Shown: positions 8,713 to 16,378 of the stretch, one piece after another
How the letters are laid out: every line of letters begins with the position of its first letter
Position numbering within the stretch: position 1 is the first letter of the stretch
NCBI GenBank assembly: GCA_030596125.1
Contig: JAUVKT010000001.1
Location: 28,860 to 92,859 of the forward strand
Direction: 5' to 3'
DNA: 64,000 bases
Source of the DNA: Bacteroidales bacterium
Lineage (GTDB): Bacteria; Bacteroidota; Bacteroidia; Bacteroidales; VadinHA17
Translations under genes and position numbers: made by a program
The notes under the pieces: generated by a model
The model's database searches: none
Told to the model about the DNA's origin: nothing
The model's input: only the letters and a program-made list of their open reading frames with translations

Positions 8713-10098
8713 CTATTTATGGAATTTACGCACAAAACCTTCGATCTCAGGAACCCCTCCCTGGTATACGAGATACCCGTTATAGGGTTCACGTTCGGTT
8801 ATTTCACTATTTACAGGAGTAAGCATGATTCTTTTAATCTCTTCCGGGTCATCTGTTTGTCCCATAGCCCAGCCAAGCTTAACCCAGGCAACTTCGGGAA
8901 GCATATTAGCAAGGGGTGTAACCCCAAGAGCTATCATATCCCGTCCGGTTTCATACACAAACATATGAACATATCCCCAAATAGTCTGAAGTGTCATAAA
9001 CAGCTGGACCCCTTTATCCGTTGCTCTTTGAAGGGCAGGATATAGCTCTTTGTTGACATGACCCAGGCCGGTGCCAATAATAATAATACCCTTATACCCC
9101 AGATCAACCAGGCTGTCGATAATTTCGGGTTTCATATTGGGATAATAATAGATCATTGTAACCTTTTCGGAGAAGTAAGGAAAGATTTTTACATTTTTAT
9201 CCTTACGCCGGTGATTATACTCTTTCTTAATATGTATGATCCCGTTTTTTGTGACAGTTGCCACAGGAGTGTCTCCGATCGACCTGAATGTTGAGCGATA
9301 TGAACTGTGCATCTTCCTGACCCTGGTACCACGATGTAAAAATCCATATTCATCAGATGTCGGGCCAAACATACAGACAAGAGTCTCAGCAATATCGCCA
9401 TGAGCAGCAGCGTATGAAGCGTGAATCAGATTGAGGGCCGCATCGGATGATGGACGGTCTGAAGATCTTTGTGATCCTACAAGAATTATCGGAACAGGGG
9501 AATCCTGTACCATAAATGAGAGGGCCGCAGCTGTATGGTGCAGAGTATCGGTCCCATGACCGATCATAATTCCATCTATCCCATTTTCAATTTCGTGTCC
9601 GATTGCTTTGGCAAGAGTGATATACTGTTTGGGCCCCATATTTTCACTAAACACGGCAAACAGCTTTTCGGTATCAATATTGCATACATCGGCAAGTTCC
9701 GGTACAGCACCGTAAAGTTCGCCCGGCGAAAATGCGGGGATAACAGCACCTGTACGATAATCGAGTCGTGAGGCTATGGTGCCACCCGTACCAAAAAGTT
9801 TAACAGTAGGTTTATCATCAGAATAAGGGAACTCCTTTTCAGGGATCTTATAGTTTGCTTTCTGATAGCCTGTCTCTTTCATGGAGGTTATGGTGGCTAC
9901 ATCAATTCCTATATTATAGCCTGTCTCTATCTTGAGTACAATATGCAGATCATCATCATTCTCGGCGCGTGGCAAAACGGTTCCGGTAAAAATTCCCCTG
10001 GTAGTATCTATTATAGTCTGCCCCCATACTCTGACATTATATTTTTTCAATATTTCAAGAGCGGCTCCTTTATATCCCTGGAATATATCTTCTGACAT
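8713..10098 (-). CDS. gatD: Glu-tRNA(Gln) amidotransferase subunit D (archaeal-type GatD)
   Basis: 461 aa. An N-terminal GatD-type domain is followed by a type-I asparaginase fold with catalytic motifs (FGTGGTIASRLDYRTGAV and IGHGTDTLHHTAAAL). It starts 5 bp downstream of gatE on the same strand. Confidence 0.85.
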   Translation of the reverse strand: MSEDIFQGYKGAALEILKKYNVRVWGQTIIDTTRGIFTGTVLPRAENDDDLHIVLKIETGYNIGIDVATITSMKETGYQKANYKIPEKEFPYSDDKPTVKLFGTGGTIASRLDYRTGAVIPAFSPGELYGAVPELADVCNIDTEKLFAVFSENMGPKQYITLAKAIGHEIENGIDGIMIGHGTDTLHHTAAALSFMVQDSPVPIILVGSQRSSDRPSSDAALNLIHASYAAAHGDIAETLVCMFGPTSDEYGFLHRGTRVRKMHSSYRSTFRSIGDTPVATVTKNGIIHIKKEYNHRRKDKNVKIFPYFSEKVTMIYYYPNMKPEIIDSLVDLGYKGIIIIGTGLGHVNKELYPALQRATDKGVQLFMTLQTIWGYVHMFVYETGRDMIALGVTPLANMLPEVAWVKLGWAMGQTDDPEEIKRIMLTPVNSEITEREPYNGYLVYQGGVPEIEGFVRKFHK

Positions 10099-10103
10099 AT
10101 CAG

Positions 10104-12086
10104 CTATTTTTTTGTAATTATTTTCTGTTCTATTTGCTTACTTAGCAATGCAAGATCGACATTACCAATTGCCTGCCTTCTTACCTGTCCCATTAACCAG
10201 TTAACTTCAACATCTTTTCCATTTGACAACTTTATATCGAGAAATTTCTTATAAAGAAAATCGAGTGGGGCAAGAAGGTCGTCCATACTTTTCCTTTTGA
10301 AGTTCAGGGTTGTAAGTATCGACTCATACCTCATCTTTGGATGCTCATACAGAATTTTGATCATCGGTCCTGCAATATTGGGATCAAGATCCTCTTCACG
10401 GATGTAGGTAAATAGTTTTCTAATAATATTATAGCTAAAATCTTTATGGGCCTTTTTCTTTCCCTCAATGTTTTTAAATGTCTGAGCCAGGAAGGTGCCG
10501 ATAAATTTGAGATCAAACCTGTTTTTGGCCGATAATTCTTCAATAAGAGGTATCATATTCTTGCTAAGCAGGTACTTAAATGAATCACCGGGGATTCCCC
10601 ATTTTTTCAACTGTGCAAACCTTGCAGATATTAATACCGGCAAATTCTCGCCCAGTTTGTTAATATATTTATTATCCAGGGGAATCGGAAGAGAGTCGGT
10701 GTCGGGATACATTCTGTCGCTGCCTGGAAGTACCCGTTCAAATATTGTTGTCCCATCTTCAAATGATTTTCTGGTCTCCGGAGGGACACCGGCAAAAGCC
10801 ATTATTATTCGTTCCTCTATTGTCTCAATTGCTGTAGGGATATCGTCGGCCGGTCCCCACAGGATCATCTGGGCATCATTGACCGAGGCGGTGAAAAGCT
10901 CAGCAATCATATTCCACTCTTTAGCACTGAGTGATGGATCCAACTCTTCGGAATGGGTCATGTTGGGTTTTTCTATGCAGGCAATCACCTTTAACCTGTT
11001 GGTAAGTTCGTCAGCGAACAGATGGCCCGGTTGGGTAAAATGAGACATTATTCCATTCAGTAGCGGAAGATTCATTGCAATGACCTTGTAACCATTGTCA
11101 AGAGATTCCTTAACAGGCTTGAAAAGCAGCGGGATGTCTGTAAATGTTATCTCCCTGGTTTTTGATTTCCACCTGCTCCCGTTTTTTAGTCTCTCTTTCA
11201 GGATGGTTCGGATCTTAAGGAGTGCATATTGTCTGAAGGCTTCATTATGTGAAAGCTTAGGTATCCAGGAGTTATGAGCAACACCTTTTATTTCAACACG
11301 GCTGCCACCTTCACAACTGACATTTACATCTTCACGACCTGCTCCGATCCCTGTTCTTACTTTCCCGGTACTTCTATTCAGGAACCTTATATATTCGGCA
11401 GCCTCGGCAAGCTCCCAGGGTGTCTCCATATCGGGATATGTGACAGTTTCGATAAGTGGCATACCAAGCCTGTCAGTCTTGAACACACGGGTATGTCCGA
11501 TATCTGAAATTTCCCTGCACGAATCTTCTTCAATACTTAACTGTATAAGTCTTACTTTCTTGTTTTTTAATTCAATCTCTCCTTCAACACCCAGGATGGC
11601 TGTTCTTTGGAAGCCTGTTGGGATACTTCCATCGAGATATTGTTTTCTGGTTATATGTACCTCCCCGACAATGTTAAGTTTCGAAAGAAGTGATATCTCG
11701 AGCGCTATTCCGAGTGCCTCTTTATCGATCGGGAATGGCGGTGTATCATCCACTTCGTAGGTACATGCATTTTCATTATTTATGCGATAAACAATCTCCT
11801 TTTTTGTTTTAAATTCCATCAGAGCTGTTCCGTCATACTCGCCAAGTTCGCTGAGTGTAGGGCGCATATGTCTGATTACTTCTGCATTATAATCATCATG
11901 ATCATGATAAATTCCGGCCGGGCATCTGCAAAAAAGTTTGCCTTTTGTTTTTAACTGCTGGTGGACTTCAAGTCCGGATTTAAAACCAATTCTCTTATAA
12001 TCGTCTGAAGTGGCTTTTTTAATATCGACATACCCGATACTTTTCATTGTAACAGAGTAGTTCTTTTTTGCTTCAATTTTATTCAT
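10104..12086 (-). CDS. gatE: Glu-tRNA(Gln) amidotransferase subunit E (archaeal-type GatE)
   Basis: 660 aa. The N-terminus is GatB/E-family (IGFKSGLEVHQQL…KLFCRCPA). It has a large inserted domain and a helical C-terminal tail domain. It is paired with gatD. Confidence 0.85.
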   Translation of the reverse strand: MNKIEAKKNYSVTMKSIGYVDIKKATSDDYKRIGFKSGLEVHQQLKTKGKLFCRCPAGIYHDHDDYNAEVIRHMRPTLSELGEYDGTALMEFKTKKEIVYRINNENACTYEVDDTPPFPIDKEALGIALEISLLSKLNIVGEVHITRKQYLDGSIPTGFQRTAILGVEGEIELKNKKVRLIQLSIEEDSCREISDIGHTRVFKTDRLGMPLIETVTYPDMETPWELAEAAEYIRFLNRSTGKVRTGIGAGREDVNVSCEGGSRVEIKGVAHNSWIPKLSHNEAFRQYALLKIRTILKERLKNGSRWKSKTREITFTDIPLLFKPVKESLDNGYKVIAMNLPLLNGIMSHFTQPGHLFADELTNRLKVIACIEKPNMTHSEELDPSLSAKEWNMIAELFTASVNDAQMILWGPADDIPTAIETIEERIIMAFAGVPPETRKSFEDGTTIFERVLPGSDRMYPDTDSLPIPLDNKYINKLGENLPVLISARFAQLKKWGIPGDSFKYLLSKNMIPLIEELSAKNRFDLKFIGTFLAQTFKNIEGKKKAHKDFSYNIIRKLFTYIREEDLDPNIAGPMIKILYEHPKMRYESILTTLNFKRKSMDDLLAPLDFLYKKFLDIKLSNGKDVEVNWLMGQVRRQAIGNVDLALLSKQIEQKIITKK

Positions 12087-12315
12087 CCTGTCGTCTTTGT
12101 AACTGCCAAATTATTCAAGAATAACTAAATATCAAATATTAGTGACCGGGGATGAAATAGAATAAATTAATGATTACAATTCTTATAGTACAATTTGTAT
12201 ATATTATTCAGACAGGAATGCCTGATATGATTAAAATGAAGCCAAAGTGTTGAAAAAAATATTTTGAAATATTTTTAAGAATAATGTTATAAAGCAGAAA
12301 GAGCCTCAAAGAAGA

Positions 12316-13560
12316 TTAATCGAATTTTATTGCTTTTACCGGGGTTATCCGCGATATCAGTTTCGAAGGAATAACCAGCATTACAACAATAACAGCCATT
12401 GAGCCTGCATTAAGCAACAGAATATGAAGGATATCCAGGTTGATCGGAACAGTTGTCAGATAGTAGGATGAAGGGTTCAGACTTATAAATTCAAAATGTT
12501 TCTGAAGGAGGGCGATGGTTATCCCCGTAAGGTTACCCCAGAGCAGTCCTTTTCCAATAAGGTACATCGATTGGTACATAAAGACTGTCCTGATAAGATT
12601 GTCTTCGGACCCCAGCGCTTTTAATATTCCGATCATATTTGTTTTTTCCAGGATCAGGATCAGAAGACCTGAGATCATATTAAAGCCGGCTACAAGGAGC
12701 ATTAATACAAGGATAATAATAACATTGGTATCCTGGAAATTGAGCCAGTCAAAGATCTGTGGATATTTAATCCTTATGTTGGTCACCTTTAACTGTTGCT
12801 GGTCTTCCGACACTTCGTAGCCTATAGCATCTCTTACAACAAAGGTCATGAAATCGATCTCGTTAAACCTGTCGATCAAAATCTCAAAACCGCTTACCTG
12901 GTCGTTTTCCCATCCGTTTAGCCTGCGAATCTGATTGATATCACATATTACGAAGATCTTATCCATCTCCTCGATACTTGTTACATATATTCCCTTAACA
13001 GTGAATCTCCTCATACGTGGGGGGTCCTGAACAAAATACATGGCAAACTCATCATTCAGTTTCAATCCAAGCATTTCTGACACTTTTCCTGATATCAGGA
13101 CAGATGAGGAGCGAATTGAATCACTGAGTGATAATACATCTCCTTCAACAAGGTTTTTACTGAAAAAGCTCCAGTCGTAATCTGTGCCAACACCTTTAAG
13201 TACAACACCCTGTATGTTATTTTCAATCTTTATTATGCCCGCCTTGGTAGCAAATACCTGGATATTAGTGAATCCTTTTATTTTATCAAGTTTTTCCGTA
13301 AAATCATGGTTAGATGAAATAGGTTCTGTTTCATAGGAGTAGTTTGAATCAAAATTCAGCACCTGGATATGACCACCAAAACCAACAATTTTATTCCTGA
13401 TCTCATTTTTGAAACCGGTAAGGATCGAGAGAGCCAGGATCATAACTGCCAGTCCGAGGGCGATACCTATGATGGCAATTGTATTAATAGGTTTTGAGAA
13501 TGAAGTTCCTTTGCTTCTCTCCCTGATCAGTCGTTTTGATATAAATAAGCCTGTCTTCAC
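12316..13560 (-). CDS. LolC/LolE-type ABC transporter permease (FtsX family)
   Basis: 414 aa. An N-terminal TM is followed by a large periplasmic domain and a C-terminal FtsX-type 3-TM bundle (…ILKALGSEDNLIRTVF…). Confidence 0.8.
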   Translation of the reverse strand: MKTGLFISKRLIRERSKGTSFSKPINTIAIIGIALGLAVMILALSILTGFKNEIRNKIVGFGGHIQVLNFDSNYSYETEPISSNHDFTEKLDKIKGFTNIQVFATKAGIIKIENNIQGVVLKGVGTDYDWSFFSKNLVEGDVLSLSDSIRSSSVLISGKVSEMLGLKLNDEFAMYFVQDPPRMRRFTVKGIYVTSIEEMDKIFVICDINQIRRLNGWENDQVSGFEILIDRFNEIDFMTFVVRDAIGYEVSEDQQQLKVTNIRIKYPQIFDWLNFQDTNVIIILVLMLLVAGFNMISGLLILILEKTNMIGILKALGSEDNLIRTVFMYQSMYLIGKGLLWGNLTGITIALLQKHFEFISLNPSSYYLTTVPINLDILHILLLNAGSMAVIVVMLVIPSKLISRITPVKAIKFD

Positions 13561-13660
13561 AAATTTGGTATAGAGTGGATAAAAATAGTAATTAATAATT
13601 AGTTTCTTTCACTAACTTTAACCTGTAAATATTGGAAGATTGCCAACTGCTTTGCCCTTC

Positions 13661-13696
13661 CGAAGCTTGAAACGAAGTGGAGAGCGAAGGAGGGCC
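13661..13696. repeat. 3 x 12-bp degenerate tandem repeat (CGAAG + 7 nt)
   Basis: The units are CGAAGCTTGAAA, CGAAGTGGAGAG and CGAAGGAGGGCC. The array is flanked by GCCAACTGC at 13642-13650 and 13694-13702, and followed by ACTGCCGACTGA x2 (13698-13709 and 13712-13723). Confidence 0.85.
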
Positions 13697-13742
13697 AACT
13701 GCCGACTGAGGACTGCCGACTGACTTAATAGATTACATAAGT

Positions 13743-14930
13743 ATGATAAAGAAACTTTTTTTACTGCCTGTGCTGGTTCTTTTGCTCACTGCCTGTGAAG
13801 GGAAGAACCCTCCAATAATTATTCCGGGGGCTGTTCAGATGGACCTGTACCTTCCTGTGCTGGAAGGGAGATCTGTAGCTGTGGTAGCTAACCATACAAG
13901 CATAATTAATGAAAGGCACCTGGTTGATACACTTATTTCAAGAGGAGTTAATGTTACCATGATATTCAGCCCCGAACATGGATTCAGAGGTAATGCAGAT
14001 GCCGGAAGTGAGATTATTGATGGCAGGGACCGTATTACGGGCATTAAAATAGTCAGTCTGTATGGCAGCAAGAAAAAGCCGGCTGACAGTGATCTCGAAG
14101 GCGTTGATATTGTAATTTTCGATATTCAGGATGTAGGTGTCAGATTTTATACATATATATCTACAATGCAGTATGTAATGGAGTCGTGTGCAGGGAATAA
14201 CATTCCCCTTGTTGTTCTTGACAGGCCAAACCCCAACGGGTTTTATGTCGACGGACCGGTACTGGACAGTGCTTTCAGATCATTTGTCGGGATGCAGCAG
14301 ATCCCGGTCGTACATGGCATGACAGTGGGGGAATATGCTTTGATGCTTAATGGTGAGGGCTTGCTTGAAGGAGGGATTACCTGTAATACTGAGGTTGTCA
14401 GATGCAAAGGATATAATCATAATTACTTCTATACGGTCCCGGTGGGGCCATCTCCTAACCTTCCCAATCAGAATTCAATATATCTGTACCCTTCACTTTG
14501 TTTCTTTGAGGGCACTCCTGTTTCCTGCGGAAGGGGAACCGAATCACCTTTTCAGCTCTTTGGTCATCCCGATCTGCCCGACACCGGTTTTTCATTTACT
14601 CCTGAACCATCCAGGGGGGCAGCAAACCCAAAACTGAGTGGCCAGAAATGCTATGGTACGAACCTTACTAATGCCGGCAAAAATGGCATTGTGCCACAAC
14701 CTTCACTTAACCTTAATTGGATAATTGGAGCGTATAATGATTTTCCCGATAAGGAGATATTTTTTACGGATTACTTTAATACTCTGGCCGGACAGTCGCT
14801 GTTAAGAAAGCAGATAGAATCGGGCTTGGCGCCTGATGAGATAAAAGAATCATGGAAGCCTGCTATTGCAGAATTTATGAAAATCAGAAAGAAGTATCTT
14901 CTTTATGATGATTTTGATGAAATATTATGA
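13743..14930 (+). CDS. DUF1343 family protein (exo-beta-N-acetylmuramidase NamZ-like)
   Basis: It has a lipoprotein signal (LLLTACEG). The pattern is DUF1343-like (VAVVANHTS…SPEHGFRG…DIQDVGVRFYTYISTM…VLDRPNP). The family is recalled from motif pattern only. Confidence 0.7.
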   Translation: MIKKLFLLPVLVLLLTACEGKNPPIIIPGAVQMDLYLPVLEGRSVAVVANHTSIINERHLVDTLISRGVNVTMIFSPEHGFRGNADAGSEIIDGRDRITGIKIVSLYGSKKKPADSDLEGVDIVIFDIQDVGVRFYTYISTMQYVMESCAGNNIPLVVLDRPNPNGFYVDGPVLDSAFRSFVGMQQIPVVHGMTVGEYALMLNGEGLLEGGITCNTEVVRCKGYNHNYFYTVPVGPSPNLPNQNSIYLYPSLCFFEGTPVSCGRGTESPFQLFGHPDLPDTGFSFTPEPSRGAANPKLSGQKCYGTNLTNAGKNGIVPQPSLNLNWIIGAYNDFPDKEIFFTDYFNTLAGQSLLRKQIESGLAPDEIKESWKPAIAEFMKIRKKYLLYDDFDEIL

Positions 14931-16127
14931 GTCAACTCTTCCCGGATACACTTTAAGCGCTTCGGCAAGAGTCTCCATAGCATTCATAAGATCATTAATA
15001 TTCAGTACGTAAGCAATCCTTACCTCATTGTTTCCCTTACCGGGTGTTGAATAAAACCCTGAGGCCGGGGCAACCATGACAGTCTGCTTTTTATACTCAA
15101 ACTCTTCCAGTATCCATTGTGCAAATCTGTCGGCATCATCCACCGGAAGCCTGGCCACTGTATAGAAAGCACCTTTTGGCTTAGGGCTATAGACCCCCGG
15201 GATCCTGTTTAGCGCTTCAACCATAAAGTCGCGGCGTGCAATATACTCATCATAAACCTTAGTAAAATATTCGGGAGGTGTATCGATAGAAGCTTCTCCT
15301 GCTATTTGTCCAAGACCGGGAGGACTTAGCCTGGCCTGTGCAAACTTGAGGGCTGTACTGATAACCTCTTTGTTTTTTGAAATAAGAGCCCCGATCCTTA
15401 TACCGCATTCGCTGTACCTTTTGGAAACAGAATCCAGCAAGACAACATTCTGTTCAATTCCTTTAAGAAACATTGCAGAAAAATGTTTTTCACCATCATA
15501 GCAGAATTCACGGTAAACCTCATCAGAAAAAAGATAAAGATCATATTTCTTTACAATCTCACTCAGTTGCCTTAACTCCTCTTCCGAATAGAGATACCCG
15601 GTAGGATTATTCGGGTTACAGATAATTATTCCTTTTGTTTTATCACTGATCTTCTTTTCGATCTCTTCAACCGGAGGAAGGGCAAAATCATTTTCTATGT
15701 ATGAAGTTACCGGAACAATATTTACTCCCGCAGTAGTAGCAAAACCATTATAATTCGCGTAGAAGGGCTCAGGAGCTATAACTTCTTCGCCCGGGTTCAG
15801 GCATGTCATAAATGCAAAAAGCACTGCTTCCGACCCACCCGTGGTTATTAAAAGCTCAGTATGGTCAATATCTATTCCGTTTTCTACGTAATATCCGGCA
15901 AGCTTTTTCCTGTATGACTCATTTCCTGCAGAATGAGAGTAGGCCAGAACTTTTTCATCCAGGTTTCTTATTGCATTAAGAGCTACATCAGGAGTTGGTA
16001 TATCGGGTTGTCCGATATTAAGGTGATAAACTTTATGTCCTTTTCTCTTTGCCTCTTCAGCATAAGGGACAAGTTTTCTGATTGGGGATGCAGGCATTGC
16101 CCTGCCTTTATCTGATATCTGTGGCAT
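14925..16127 (-). CDS. Class I/II PLP-dependent aminotransferase (aspartate aminotransferase-like)
   Basis: 400 aa with NIGQPD, NPNNPTG and the PLP-lysine motif SVSKRYSECGIRIG. Confidence 0.85.
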   Translation of the reverse strand: MPQISDKGRAMPASPIRKLVPYAEEAKRKGHKVYHLNIGQPDIPTPDVALNAIRNLDEKVLAYSHSAGNESYRKKLAGYYVENGIDIDHTELLITTGGSEAVLFAFMTCLNPGEEVIAPEPFYANYNGFATTAGVNIVPVTSYIENDFALPPVEEIEKKISDKTKGIIICNPNNPTGYLYSEEELRQLSEIVKKYDLYLFSDEVYREFCYDGEKHFSAMFLKGIEQNVVLLDSVSKRYSECGIRIGALISKNKEVISTALKFAQARLSPPGLGQIAGEASIDTPPEYFTKVYDEYIARRDFMVEALNRIPGVYSPKPKGAFYTVARLPVDDADRFAQWILEEFEYKKQTVMVAPASGFYSTPGKGNNEVRIAYVLNINDLMNAMETLAEALKVYPGRVDS

Positions 16128-16163
16128 CGGTTTGAGTTTTGATTATGAAATATAAATGCAATA

Positions 16164-16171
16164 CAAATTTA
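16164..16171 (-). promoter_or_regulatory. TAnnTTTG -7 motif (TAAATTTG on minus strand) before the aminotransferase gene
   Basis: The plus strand reads CAAATTTA, 36 nt upstream of the ATG at 16127. Confidence 0.45.
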
Positions 16172-16185
16172 GTTATTCTGAACAA

Positions 16186-16318
16186 AAATAGAACACAGAT
16201 GACACGGATAACACAGATTTACACTGATATTTTATCTTTATCCGTGTTATCCCTGCCTTTACCGGTCTCCGGCGGCCAAAGCCTTTGGCGACGGCACGCA
16301 GACAGGCGTGTTCTATTT
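16186..16318. repeat. 133-bp segment bounded by a perfect 11-bp inverted repeat, with nested palindromes
   Basis: The outer IR is AAATAGAACAC (16186-16196) and GTGTTCTATTT (16308-16318). The inner IR is 16206-16218 and 16240-16252 (13 bp, 1 mismatch). There is also a palindrome GCCAAAG-C-CTTTGGC at 16275-16289. Confidence 0.6.
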
Positions 16319-16349
16319 AGTAATAAATAGCAACTTGAGTTAATTTTCA

Positions 16350-16357
16350 TATTTTTG
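16350..16357 (+). promoter_or_regulatory. TAnnTTTG -7 motif (TATTTTTG) before valS
   Basis: Exact match, 21 nt upstream of ATG 16379. Confidence 0.5.
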
Positions 16358-16378
16358 CATTCTTAAATATCGGCAATT

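Noticed and set aside
8637-8792. 52-codon N-terminal extension of the NicO-like ORF, overlapping the gatD 3' end by 80 bp.
   Set aside because: The extension is hydrophilic junk preceding a membrane protein. It overlaps gatD and contains the gene's own -7 motif. The internal ATG at 8636 gives a clean TM1 start.
16139-16330. 63-aa ORF (…RTQMTRITQIYTD…PVSGGQSLWRRHADRRV…) between the aminotransferase gene and valS.
   Set aside because: It spans both divergent promoter motifs and is made of the AC-stutter and GC-palindrome repeat. It looks like a translation artefact of the repeat element rather than a gene.
16128-16378. Possible T-box or other riboswitch leader upstream of valS. I also looked for riboswitch-like leaders before nadC, glnA and glmM.
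   Set aside because: I saw no specifier or T-box-like conserved sequence and no terminator/antiterminator pair. The valS -7 motif is only 21 nt from the ATG, which leaves no room for a leader.
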